Shown here one piece after another: positions 10,175 to 19,588 of a stretch of 40,141 nucleotides of DNA; within the stretch, counting starts at the first letter, position 1; each line of letters begins with the position of its first letter. Below the pieces are notes generated by a model. That model was not told where the DNA came from. It was given only the letters and a program-made list of their open reading frames with translations, and searched no databases. This stretch comes from a virus (Duplodnaviria > Caudoviricetes): the IMG/VR virus record IMGVR_UViG_3300030397_000085, positions 1 through 40,141 of that record; one strand, written 5' to 3'. The position numbers and the translations under genes were made by a program.

Positions 10175-11683
10175 TTATCCCCTTTTCCAGATGATATGTT
10201 GTTCCGGATTAGTAATTTCACAGGCAGCTTCAGTTAAGATCAAGTCTACCCGCTTGTCAACACCGGTGTTTTCCAGAGTCTGGACACCAACATATACCGA
10301 GGTATCGCGGTTCAGTCCATTACCAGCCAGAGGACGATAACGAACGTTGTTAAGATTAATACCAGCAATATGTACACCAGTTCCATCTAGGTGAATATCG
10401 CGAGCAATATTAATGTCTCCATAAATAGTGGAGATTCGATTCAGTGCTACACCTAACTTGCTAGTTGTGCCTTTGAAGGCAAAGTCAGCACGATAGTTCG
10501 GACTGATCTGGATGTTGTTATTGAAATAACCAGACATCTTATTCAGCCAGTTAAATGTAAACGTATCAGCCAAAAAGACCGTTGAGTTTGCATTGTTGTA
10601 GCGAGGATCGAGGAACTGACTCAAATCATCAAGGAAGTCATCGCAAGTCTTAGTTGCGTGAGTCAGAGTCATCAGGTTACTGTACGTCATGGCATAGTCA
10701 ACTACACCCTGAGTATACTGAATACCTTCAGAATCTGTATACTGACGACCCCAGTGAAGGTCTGTATCGATGTCCCACTTATGCTCAATCAACTTCTCAC
10801 CCCAGATACGCATCCATTCGTTACCTTGATACTTAAGTACCGTGGCACGAGTGGTGTTGTCCATACCCATTGCAGTCTTCCAAATCTGGGTTTGGCTGTA
10901 TCCGGTTGAATAGGGATTGTCTTTCCAGCTATCCGGGTAACCGCTACCCTTGGCGTGTGCATTACCTACGACGTAAGAACGTTTAGATTCTAAGCCATCA
11001 AGGTTATTTGCATTCTCGACATTATATACGGTGCTCATAGGGGCAGAAGCCGAAGACCACTGTAGCTCATTGTTCGAGGTGTTGCCAAGCGTACGAGTAA
11101 TGGTCAACTTAAGGTCAACCGCAGTCGCACTAGCATTGGTTACTGTTTCAATCTTACCAACGATGAAATCGTTAGGAGTTTGAAAGTCGGAACCGAAATT
11201 AATTTTAATTAACTGTCCAGGGATGAAGAAGTGCGGACGGGTACCAGCATCACCTACGGCAATTACTCCGGAGCGAGCCGAAGAAGTTGCATCGTAGATA
11301 TTCTGAATGTTACCTTCCGTCTTATAGTCTCCTGACATTCGGACGTACCAAGTGTCACCCTGTTCAATATTGGTCGCAGTAACCGTGGCGTCATTCGTGG
11401 TGAACGAAGAACCGTCAGTACTATGGCCAACAACATAAGCATAGCGCTTATGGAATGACGGGCGCTGTTCCGTAAATTTAGGCTGCGGATCATCCGTGGG
11501 GAATTTCCGAAGTCTACTGACCAGGCCAAAGAAGGGGTCTTGAGCGATATTCAGCATATGAACCATGTCGCCGAAATTAAACTTTCGCCTAAGATCACCA
11601 GTATTTAGAGTAGACCCGGTAGTAGCTGCACCATTTTCGGTGAGGCCCGTAAAGTTACTCAGTGTAAAAGTATCTTGTGGCAT
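10175..11683 (-). CDS. Major capsid protein (HK97 fold)
   Basis: 502 aa; TGDLRRKFNFG, QTQIWKT, EHKWDID, DLILTEA; follows scaffold and portal. Confidence 0.85.
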   Translation of the reverse strand: MPQDTFTLSNFTGLTENGAATTGSTLNTGDLRRKFNFGDMVHMLNIAQDPFFGLVSRLRKFPTDDPQPKFTEQRPSFHKRYAYVVGHSTDGSSFTTNDATVTATNIEQGDTWYVRMSGDYKTEGNIQNIYDATSSARSGVIAVGDAGTRPHFFIPGQLIKINFGSDFQTPNDFIVGKIETVTNASATAVDLKLTITRTLGNTSNNELQWSSASAPMSTVYNVENANNLDGLESKRSYVVGNAHAKGSGYPDSWKDNPYSTGYSQTQIWKTAMGMDNTTRATVLKYQGNEWMRIWGEKLIEHKWDIDTDLHWGRQYTDSEGIQYTQGVVDYAMTYSNLMTLTHATKTCDDFLDDLSQFLDPRYNNANSTVFLADTFTFNWLNKMSGYFNNNIQISPNYRADFAFKGTTSKLGVALNRISTIYGDINIARDIHLDGTGVHIAGINLNNVRYRPLAGNGLNRDTSVYVGVQTLENTGVDKRVDLILTEAACEITNPEQHIIWKRG

Positions 11684-11703
11684 TTTATTCTACCTTTATT
11701 TGT

Positions 11704-12609
11704 TTAATCTAGCCCACCAAAGATACCCTGCCCAAGAGAGTTCATAATACCCTTGAAAACTGCCGTATCTGGATCGTCTTCTGATGTACCAGTAGCACCA
11801 GTATTAGCGAGACTTCGAGGGGTATTTTTCATCTTGTTGATCTGGGCGTCTCGATCCTTAATGGAATTCTTTAGTATCTCACCATCACGCTTGCCACGAT
11901 TCTTTAGATACCATAAGTGGTCGAGAGTCATCTTTTCCTCTTGTGCCCAATTAATGAAATCTTCTAATTCGTCGCTAGGAATATTGTTAGCAGCAGCAAA
12001 GTCTTCGAAGGCCTTACGTTGCTTATTATACTCATGTGACTGTGTTTCCGCTTCTGCTCTTTGTGCAGACAGCTTACGATCAACCTCCGACTGTATGATC
12101 CGGTTAAAGACCTTTGCGGAGTCAGAGTCAGGGTCCTTGATAGCTTCATCGGGATCGAAGATGAAATCATCTCCCAGCTTCAAATCCTTCATAGCATCTT
12201 GCGGACTAACTCCTTCTTCAAGGTAGCTACGTATTTGCCTTAATAGACTCGGGTCTTGCTTCATAACGTTGATAAGCGGAAGCATGTCGTCCACTTCGTT
12301 ATATTTCTGCAACTCACGAGCCAGTCGCTTCGCTTCACGCGAGGATGACTCATAACGTGATTGAAGGTTGTCGAATTGCTTCTGAAGATCGTCGGGTGCT
12401 ACCTTGGTATCTTGACTGTCTCCATCCGGTTCAACACCTTCACCATCATCAGGATTTACCGAGGTGTTATTCTCAGCGTCCTCTTCGTAGATGGCCCCAT
12501 TGACTTCTTTCTCCAGGCCAGAGAAAAATTGTTCTAAACTAATATTAGACTTGTTATCGCCCGTATCAACTGATTCTTGATTCAGGTCTACTTTGTTATC
12601 AGCAGCCAT
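11704..12609 (-). CDS. Capsid scaffolding protein
   Basis: Acidic disordered N-terminus, RYESSSREAKRL coiled coil; between portal and MCP. Confidence 0.75.
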   Translation of the reverse strand: MAADNKVDLNQESVDTGDNKSNISLEQFFSGLEKEVNGAIYEEDAENNTSVNPDDGEGVEPDGDSQDTKVAPDDLQKQFDNLQSRYESSSREAKRLARELQKYNEVDDMLPLINVMKQDPSLLRQIRSYLEEGVSPQDAMKDLKLGDDFIFDPDEAIKDPDSDSAKVFNRIIQSEVDRKLSAQRAEAETQSHEYNKQRKAFEDFAAANNIPSDELEDFINWAQEEKMTLDHLWYLKNRGKRDGEILKNSIKDRDAQINKMKNTPRSLANTGATGTSEDDPDTAVFKGIMNSLGQGIFGGLD

Positions 12610-12632
12610 ATCATTCCCTTCTAATAAGCGTG

Positions 12633-14996
12633 TTATTGCTTACTGTTGTCGCTTCCTGTATTGGAGGCTTTCTTTATTTCATCTTGTGCTTGCTTCTTCG
12701 CTAGTTCAATCTCACGATTACCCTGCTTGAGAGCATCTCTCATGCGTTCTTGGACGATCGTTTCTTGACTCTTAGTTTCAGTCTTGCTTCTATCGATTTC
12801 AATTACAGCATTCTTGATCTGATCCTTGATGCCTGCCTGTACTAACTGACGTTGTAAGGTTTCAATTGTACCTTCAGCATCAGACAGTTGCTCTTCTAGC
12901 TGATTAACTTGACCCTCTAGTTGAGCTAAGGCTGACTTACGTGCAATAATGGCATCCTTGTTCTTAATGTCAGTTTCGTTCAGAAATGCTATGTCATCGA
13001 TAATTCCAAGCTCAAGATATTGTTTGTATTCTTCCAGAACAGCCCACCTATTAACAGGAAGAGTAGACCCTGCAATAATGCGGATATCGTACTGGGATGT
13101 TTTGTAGTCGTTGTAACGACCTATCTCTTGTCCATAGTCGTCATAGATCGGAACATTAACTTCAAACTCATGCTGGTCGATTCCGCCTGTAGGGTTAGGC
13201 TGAACTATTCTGAAAATCTTATGCACTGTATAAGTGTCTTTTGCTAGCTCCTGGAACACCTTCCCAATGTGCTCAAGAGCGGGTTCAAATACATTTCCGA
13301 TCCAGGACTTGATTCTGCGTGTAGCAAATTCGTCTCTGGCAAGGAAGCCTCTAAAGGTCTCGTCAGACCCACTAGAGATACCCATACTCGGAGGATGTAT
13401 ACCAGCCATATATTCCATGTCAGATTTGCTATCTTGTTCTACAGTGAAAAACGCATTATTGATCGGCTGTGGAAAGATAGGCTCTGGACCATTGGGTGAA
13501 TACCCTGGATTATACGGCAAAAGGGCGTTCGGTGAGGCCACATAGGATTCCCATGTATCTTCATCGATCTCCCCAATAACGTACTTCCAACGAAAGTTAG
13601 AAGCAACATTAGCATTGTGAATCATAATCTGGTGAGCCTTATTGATCTCCTGCTGCTTACCCACTAGTGGACGAGCTGCTGACATCGGATAAGGTGTTCC
13701 AGTATGAAGGTAAGGTATCGGAATTAGCGGTATGTGAGAGATGTTCATTGTATATTCGTACAACAGTTTATCACCCACGACGCAAGTTTTCATAATTCGC
13801 GTATCGTAGAACGGTACAGCTGAAACTATACTGTCACTACCTTTAACGACTTCGTACTCTTCTTCCGTCAGTACACGCTCTTCAACCTTAAATGATTCGT
13901 CTTCAATTTTGGAGATCATGATCTGCTCTGCCTGTACAAGCCTTGCTTGACTTTCCTGTCTTGCCTTTTGCAGTTCTAGATCAAATCTCTCCTTGATAAT
14001 ATCTCCACGCTCAAGCTGTGCCCGTAACTGTTGCTCTAGCTCCAAGAGTCCAACTTCTAATTCTCTCTGCATGCTGTCTAGTTGAGCCTTGACACCTCGT
14101 TGAGCATTTTCCAGCTCTGCCTGTGCAGGTGGAATCCTCTCTATAACATTGTATAGCTTTACCTTTTTAGGTGTGTAAACTTCATAGTACGGAAGAACCT
14201 GATCCTCTGACCCATCCTTGGCGGAATGAGAGTAATAGATGTCAGGTCTCTGTATGTTTTCAGATGACTCAAAGGAGCGATCTGATCGTGAATGGTGAGT
14301 GTTCTCGTAGGCACCGCCCGCATTCTTAATGATATGTGCATAAGCGGGTAACATATTCATTAAATGCTCACGGGGAATATTCTTCTTAATCATCTGGTAT
14401 GTAGCGTCACGCTCCAGAAAGTCCGAAGACATCGGGGCTGTCCAAACGCAAAAAGGATCAACGAATTCAAACTTCACTTCGCCCTGTCCCTTGTCAGCAT
14501 CTGGGTCTACGTAGATGTGTACATATCCCTTACTCTTAACCAGTGAGTCAAATATGGCCTGTGACAGAACTGCTTTACCGTTTGAGATGTACCATGAATA
14601 GTCAATAACTCCAGTATGAATTTCTGCAATGTCAACGTCAGAGCCATCTACGCCTACCGCTTTCCAGCGAGGATTGTTGGCTGTAACGAAGTACTTCATC
14701 GTCTCAATTACTGGTGTCATTCTGTTTACAATAAAAGTAGGCATCCCTGCGGATAACAGTTCAGCCTCTTCTGTTTCTGTGAGTTGAGAGTTCAGAACAA
14801 AGTCATATGCTTTCTGTTCCAGTATCTCCCACTTTACCCTGTGATGGGTGTTTGCTTTTCGCCAGAGCTCGCTTATCTCGCCTGCCCGCTTCTTCTTTGA
14901 CTTGTTGGTTTTCCGGGACTTCGAGGATGCGTTGCCTGCCGTGACAGACTTTGCTCTTGGCTCTACCTTATTAAGGTTAATTTTTTCGTCTGGCAT
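12633..14996 (-). CDS. Portal protein (P22-like)
   Basis: 787 aa; MPTFIVNRMTPVIE, HIPLIP, KQQEINK, YDIRI, long C-terminal coiled coil. Confidence 0.88.
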   Translation of the reverse strand: MPDEKINLNKVEPRAKSVTAGNASSKSRKTNKSKKKRAGEISELWRKANTHHRVKWEILEQKAYDFVLNSQLTETEEAELLSAGMPTFIVNRMTPVIETMKYFVTANNPRWKAVGVDGSDVDIAEIHTGVIDYSWYISNGKAVLSQAIFDSLVKSKGYVHIYVDPDADKGQGEVKFEFVDPFCVWTAPMSSDFLERDATYQMIKKNIPREHLMNMLPAYAHIIKNAGGAYENTHHSRSDRSFESSENIQRPDIYYSHSAKDGSEDQVLPYYEVYTPKKVKLYNVIERIPPAQAELENAQRGVKAQLDSMQRELEVGLLELEQQLRAQLERGDIIKERFDLELQKARQESQARLVQAEQIMISKIEDESFKVEERVLTEEEYEVVKGSDSIVSAVPFYDTRIMKTCVVGDKLLYEYTMNISHIPLIPIPYLHTGTPYPMSAARPLVGKQQEINKAHQIMIHNANVASNFRWKYVIGEIDEDTWESYVASPNALLPYNPGYSPNGPEPIFPQPINNAFFTVEQDSKSDMEYMAGIHPPSMGISSGSDETFRGFLARDEFATRRIKSWIGNVFEPALEHIGKVFQELAKDTYTVHKIFRIVQPNPTGGIDQHEFEVNVPIYDDYGQEIGRYNDYKTSQYDIRIIAGSTLPVNRWAVLEEYKQYLELGIIDDIAFLNETDIKNKDAIIARKSALAQLEGQVNQLEEQLSDAEGTIETLQRQLVQAGIKDQIKNAVIEIDRSKTETKSQETIVQERMRDALKQGNREIELAKKQAQDEIKKASNTGSDNSKQ

Positions 14997-15667
14997 TACT
15001 TATTCCTTGCGTAATCAACAATTACTCTCAGCTCTTCAGGGGTAGCTGATCCAGGCTGATCCCACCCAGGTAGATTGTGGTCTAGGGTGAAATGCTTTTC
15101 TATGATCTTAGCTCCGCCATCTAAGGCTCTCAGTGACCAGTCGATACCTACTGTATGATCTGAGAAGCCAGAATAGGTGCTGAAAATATTGTTGGGAAGT
15201 TCAAAACCATTCTCTATAATCTGGGTACGTGACACACAGTAAAGATAGTCAAAGTTATAGTCCTTGGGACCATCAGCGAACCCTTCTTGGATAGAAGCGA
15301 TCACTGGCTTTCCTGACTGTGCTATCTCGTTTACCAGTTGGGTATCATTAATACTTCTTGATGCAAGCTTGTATCTGGCAATATCAATCTCGTCAACCCA
15401 GGCCTTGCGCTCAAGGTCAAAGACTGAGGCACCAAACTCAATACCTGCAAAGTTACACTCTTCGTTCAGGATCAGCATGTCATCTTTAGTTAGCTCAACA
15501 GATTTCAGATAATCAAAGTTACGGTCACCAGGAGACTTTATAAGCTCTGTACTGTACAGTTGAAACTTTGCCATGTCTGCACCTGACTCAGATGCTGCAT
15601 AGATCATCTCTTTAGCCAGTACAATGTCTCCACAGTGATTACCGCCAATTTCAGCAATTATAAACAA
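14996..15667 (-). CDS. neuB: NeuB/SpsE-like N-acetylneuraminate (nonulosonate) synthase, no C-terminal SAF domain
   Basis: FIIAEIGGNHCGD, GADMAKFQ, YKLAS, GFSDHT, IIEKHFTLD; probable TTG start at 15667 overlapping the upstream gene's end. Confidence 0.88.
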   Translation of the reverse strand: MFIIAEIGGNHCGDIVLAKEMIYAASESGADMAKFQLYSTELIKSPGDRNFDYLKSVELTKDDMLILNEECNFAGIEFGASVFDLERKAWVDEIDIARYKLASRSINDTQLVNEIAQSGKPVIASIQEGFADGPKDYNFDYLYCVSRTQIIENGFELPNNIFSTYSGFSDHTVGIDWSLRALDGGAKIIEKHFTLDHNLPGWDQPGSATPEELRVIVDYARNK

Positions 15668-16500
15668 TATAAGACTTCCTTTATAGTTTTTTCCGGATTC
15701 TCTGGAACTCCACATTTCACATCGAGCGGTTCAAGGCCTGAATTGTACAGCATCTTAATAGTAGGCTCTGTTGCTTCGTATGCGACTCCATTCTTAAGAA
15801 ACACGTTATCATGGTCATCCTTATCTACTTCGTAGCAGACAGTGGGTATACCATGAATATGTGCAGCCATAATGGCAGTAGATTCCCAGGTATAAACAGC
15901 CTTAGCGTTTCTGATCAGTCTTCCCAGTTCTACGTCTTTTACAGTCTTAGCTCCAAAGGATTCTTCAAATGAGCCATCCTTGGTTGGGTGCGGGAGAACC
16001 AACAAGTCCTCAGGTGCACCACCTAAAGACTCAATAAAGGACTTGAAGGTGGTTTCATAAAGGAAGCCGTGCTGGCCAATCCAAAGATTATACCCCTCCT
16101 TGGTGGGCATTGGGCTCTTTCCCTTAGTTAACCTTGAGTGTCCTACGTTCCCCACAACTCGAATCTTCTTGTCACAGACACCCTTGAGCTGTTCTTTACA
16201 GCGATCAGTGTACACCCAGATTTCGTCCAGGTCATTGATCATGATGTTATGCTTAAGCGACCTGCGGTAGAATGGATAGTCATAGTAGCCAATACGATAG
16301 CTATGTCTCTTAATAGCATCCGACTGCTCTCTTGATACCATCCCAGTAATGCCAATCTCGTCTACGAATGCATGATAACGTGCTGGCTTAAATAGCTTCT
16401 TCATATGATCGCTTAGTGGGTGAACAGCAACCAGTTTGTCCTCAGTCAAACTTTTTACCCCAGAATACTCTCCGTAATCATACAGATATAAGTGTATCAT
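15658..16500 (-). CDS. GT-B fold glycosyltransferase-like (sialyltransferase-type HP and ST motifs)
   Basis: IRVVGN, VLPHP, LIRNAKAVYTWESTAIMAAHIHGIPTV; lies between neuA and neuB. Confidence 0.55.
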   Translation of the reverse strand: MIHLYLYDYGEYSGVKSLTEDKLVAVHPLSDHMKKLFKPARYHAFVDEIGITGMVSREQSDAIKRHSYRIGYYDYPFYRRSLKHNIMINDLDEIWVYTDRCKEQLKGVCDKKIRVVGNVGHSRLTKGKSPMPTKEGYNLWIGQHGFLYETTFKSFIESLGGAPEDLLVLPHPTKDGSFEESFGAKTVKDVELGRLIRNAKAVYTWESTAIMAAHIHGIPTVCYEVDKDDHDNVFLKNGVAYEATEPTIKMLYNSGLEPLDVKCGVPENPEKTIKEVLYCL

Positions 16501-17060
16501 TTACTCGCCTCAATCAATTTTTTGTTCTCTAAGAATTCTTCCAGAAAATGTATCTCCTGTCCCGGTGCTTCTATAGAGCCTGTGTGAACGTCATATAGAA
16601 AGTTGGCCTTTAGCAGCTTGTTAATGTTCATTGCATAAATGCCATTCTCTCTCCCTCTGTCATCGTACGATCTCACCATGTAAAACTCGTCTGACCTCAC
16701 CATGTCGATAGCCTTGTTAATGTCTTCGGGGCGGATCAGGCCGTTGTTGCAAAGCAGAAAAACAGCATAATCGTGCTCTTCTGGGATTACATCGATAAGT
16801 AGCCAATACAGTACCTGCTGTACCGGTGTTAGTGGGTGTAGCAGATATTCTGGCTCTTCTAGTACTTTATACTTCTTGTTCCCTGCATCTTCTACCTCGA
16901 TATCCGAAACGAAGTATGTCTCGCTTACATTTGATTCCAGCAAGGTATTGCAGGCGCGTTCCCACATAGGGATTCCCTCGATCTCCAGTAAGTTCTTCCT
17001 CGGCAGTCTTCGTGAGTGCATCTTCGCTGGCACACATCCTACTGTATCTTGATACTTCAC
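16497..17060 (-). CDS. neuA: Acylneuraminate cytidylyltransferase (NeuA/KdsB family)
   Basis: VPAKMHSRRLPRKNLLEIEGIPM (P-A-x-x-x-S-x-R-x-x-x-K-N), ENGIY. Confidence 0.82.
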   Translation of the reverse strand: MKYQDTVGCVPAKMHSRRLPRKNLLEIEGIPMWERACNTLLESNVSETYFVSDIEVEDAGNKKYKVLEEPEYLLHPLTPVQQVLYWLLIDVIPEEHDYAVFLLCNNGLIRPEDINKAIDMVRSDEFYMVRSYDDRGRENGIYAMNINKLLKANFLYDVHTGSIEAPGQEIHFLEEFLENKKLIEASK

Positions 17061-17356
17061 TTGATCCTCGATGCGTTTTTAACTTTATCGTCAATAAACA
17101 GGTCATAAATGGGTTTGTCCATTTCGAGCTTATCATATCGACACTTCCAGTCCTTTAGTTGCTGCTCTGTTAACTCACGAAAGTCTAGACCACTACCGAC
17201 ACCGCGAGATGTCCAGTAGACAATACAGTTACCCGAGTCATACAGCTCATTAATGTACTTAATACGCTCATGAATAGGCTCTGCATTCTTGTAATCCATG
17301 CCTTCTGTCTTGCAGATCGTGTTATCTATGTCCACACGTATCAATTTTCCTCTCAT
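17057..17356 (-). CDS. Capless HAD-family phosphatase (capsule-biosynthesis type)
   Basis: VDIDNTIC (DxD), YWTSRG, KP, FIDDK. Confidence 0.85.
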   Translation of the reverse strand: MRGKLIRVDIDNTICKTEGMDYKNAEPIHERIKYINELYDSGNCIVYWTSRGVGSGLDFRELTEQQLKDWKCRYDKLEMDKPIYDLFIDDKVKNASRIK

Positions 17357-17377
17357 TTCAGTCCCTTTCTGGCGCTT

Positions 17378-17406
17378 AATATATACGTGGTACTACTTTA
17401 AGTCAA
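17378..17406 (-). promoter_or_regulatory. Sigma70-like promoter TTGACT-N17-TATATT
   Basis: In the intergenic gap about 20 bp upstream of the HAD gene; same hexamers and spacing as the promoter at 25358-25386. Confidence 0.72.
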
Positions 17407-17409
17407 GGC

Positions 17410-17670
17410 CTAATCGTTTAAATCGTCCAATTCTTCTTCAATTTCCTCTAAAAGGCCCACTGTTTTCTTCATTACCTTAAGAATTTCCTCCTGAACTTTC
17501 AGTTGCTGCTTCTGAACGTCAAGAATCTCTTCTAGCAGGTCTCTATTGTCATTGCTACTTCCCATATTCTTAATTTCCTCTAATATCTGTAGTAAAATAC
17601 TGTTACTTTCTTCTATCTGTTTAGCGACCTCCGCAAATCCTAAGTCCATCTTGGTTGGATCGAACCCCAT
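17410..17670 (-). CDS. Acidic coiled-coil protein
   Basis: Heptad LxxILEEI repeats; GAGGGG SD. Confidence 0.6.
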   Translation of the reverse strand: MGFDPTKMDLGFAEVAKQIEESNSILLQILEEIKNMGSSNDNRDLLEEILDVQKQQLKVQEEILKVMKKTVGLLEEIEEELDDLND

Positions 17671-17680
17671 AGCCCCCTCT

Positions 17681-19360
17681 CTATGCTACAATCCAGGATT
17701 TTGCCTTCTTTTTCTTGGTCAACACTTCCTTCCCAAGTTCGTGATTGTACTCTCCAGGCTTGGCCGGGAATGCGTACCTGCAAGCGTAGTATAATGCATC
17801 AATTGTATCATCATGTGCTAGCTTGGGTCCAAACTTGAGTATTTCGTCTATAAGATCGTACTGGTTATCTCTAACATACATAGAGCCAGACGCAAATCGT
17901 GAATTGAGTGATGTATATATACGGTTAATCTTGTTAAGGCCACCAGGTTTCTCGGGTATAATTGCTATATCGAAACGGTTATGTATCTTCTTATAGGCGT
18001 TTAGGTCTTGCAGGATTGATCTAGTCATAGCAACGTCCTCTACGCAGCCACTTTTACAGTGATACTTGTCATACAGTTTTACTATATAGTCTACTACTCC
18101 CATCTTGCCGTCAATCTCTCCATCTTCCTTTCTCAGTGCCATCGTTGGTATTGATCTGTGTCTCTCATATTCTAAGACGTAGGTATTGTTGTCTTTGTCC
18201 ACGGCGGTAGCAAGGATAACCGAGTAATCGCTGTCCTTTGTGTCAATATCCGTAGCTGGGTCGCATCCAACGAAACAGTTAACGGGAATATAATCTCCTT
18301 CAATCTTAAGATATCCCTGTCCATCTTCGTACTTGTAGATTCCATCATGTATCTTAATGTGCTCCCTTCTCCACAGTGCATTGTCTCTTGACTGGACTTC
18401 TAACTCGTATTCCTGATAATAGCCAGATACGCCACGGGGACTATGCTGGTAAGTCTTCTTAATTCCATCCAGTACCTTACGAGACATCCAGGAGGGCCAC
18501 AGAACGCCACCAGGCATTGATGGTTGACTAGCAGGATACATAATAACCTTCCAGGCAAAGTCTTTAGCTTCGTCCGTTCCCTTAACCTTCTGCCACATAT
18601 CCATGACTCGCTGTGAGAAGCTGTCATAGTGCACAGGAGTACAGATAAAGAACAATCTACAACCTGGTCTATTCTTCTCAATAGCGGGATAGATGCCATC
18701 CATAATAGTAGCAGCAATCTTGTCCCTGGAAGCCTGTGTCCTAGTATTCTCCTCATTCTCTGCATCATCGGCGATAACGCAGCTATAGCGAACTGCACCA
18801 GACTCCATAGTAGCAAGAGTGTCACCCCGGAAGGATGATAGGTTAGAACCAGACAATAATCGGTCGTTGTAGCCTGTTAAAATATCCTCTTGATTGTCAC
18901 GCTTAAAAGCGCCTAACTGGTGGCCAAAGTAAAAGTGTAGCTTATTATTGTGTCGCAGGTTCAGGCGTACATATGAGACGTTATTCTGAGACTTCCTCTG
19001 GTTGGTTGAACACCATCCATAGAACAGATGCTCTCTATGTCTCTCGTCTAGCCCCCACTTGTGTGCGTGTTCTGCAAAGCAGAAGTCTCTTACCACCTTA
19101 GCCTTCGTAAGTGTAGTCTTTCCATGTCCTCGAGCAATAATCATAGCACAGGGCTTAGTAGACATTGATATAAGCTCGTCAGCGATTTCATAGTGAAAGC
19201 CTGGCGTCTCAGACTTCCTAAAGTCACCAGGCAGGAAAAGCTTACCAAATGTAATCAGGTCATCCCAGCACGCTTTTAATATTCGCTCGTGTTCTGATGC
19301 CTGCTTATGTATAAAACCGGCTGACTTGCCAGTATGATTCTTTTTGTTTGGGTATCTCAT
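17681..19360 (-). CDS. terL: Terminase large subunit
   Basis: Walker A ARGHGKTT, Walker B VIADDAE, coupling CTPVH, nuclease GCDPA...DYS...HDDTIDAL; probable ATG start at 19360. Confidence 0.93.
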   Translation of the reverse strand: MRYPNKKNHTGKSAGFIHKQASEHERILKACWDDLITFGKLFLPGDFRKSETPGFHYEIADELISMSTKPCAMIIARGHGKTTLTKAKVVRDFCFAEHAHKWGLDERHREHLFYGWCSTNQRKSQNNVSYVRLNLRHNNKLHFYFGHQLGAFKRDNQEDILTGYNDRLLSGSNLSSFRGDTLATMESGAVRYSCVIADDAENEENTRTQASRDKIAATIMDGIYPAIEKNRPGCRLFFICTPVHYDSFSQRVMDMWQKVKGTDEAKDFAWKVIMYPASQPSMPGGVLWPSWMSRKVLDGIKKTYQHSPRGVSGYYQEYELEVQSRDNALWRREHIKIHDGIYKYEDGQGYLKIEGDYIPVNCFVGCDPATDIDTKDSDYSVILATAVDKDNNTYVLEYERHRSIPTMALRKEDGEIDGKMGVVDYIVKLYDKYHCKSGCVEDVAMTRSILQDLNAYKKIHNRFDIAIIPEKPGGLNKINRIYTSLNSRFASGSMYVRDNQYDLIDEILKFGPKLAHDDTIDALYYACRYAFPAKPGEYNHELGKEVLTKKKKAKSWIVA

Positions 19361-19361
19361 A

Positions 19362-19475
19362 TTATTCCACGTTAGTTGAGCCACAGCGAGGACATTTGTC
19401 TCCACCTGAAACTAGTAATGTTTGCCATCGATGACCACAGTCACCACATGACCATTTCCACATTTTAATCTTCAT
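19362..19475 (-). CDS. 37-aa zinc-ribbon microprotein (MKIKMWKWSCGDCGHRWQTLLVSGGDKCPRCGSTNVE)
   Basis: CxxCGHxW...CPxCGS; TAATG-coupled to the upstream paralogue. Confidence 0.7.
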   Translation of the reverse strand: MKIKMWKWSCGDCGHRWQTLLVSGGDKCPRCGSTNVE

Positions 19476-19588
19476 TATCTTATATCCGTTGATTTGCATT
19501 TAGGGCACTTATGCTCAAAGAATACACTCTTCCACACATGCCCACAGGAATCACAGTTCCATACCTTACGTACTCTTAGGCTATTCAC
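19475..19588 (-). CDS. 37-aa zinc-ribbon microprotein (MNSLRVRKVWNCDSCGHVWKSVFFEHKCPKCKSTDIR)
   Basis: CxxCGHxW...CPxCxS; GTG start overlapping the upstream gene's end. Confidence 0.65.
   Translation of the reverse strand: MNSLRVRKVWNCDSCGHVWKSVFFEHKCPKCKSTDIR

Noticed and set aside
15668-15715. N-terminal extension of NeuB
   Set aside because: It lies inside the upstream gene; NeuB homology begins at FIIAE, and TTG 15667 has an SD-like AAGGA
19361-19405. N-terminal extension of TerL in the ORF track
   Set aside because: It overlaps a coherent zinc-ribbon ORF; the ATG at 19360 follows that ORF's stop
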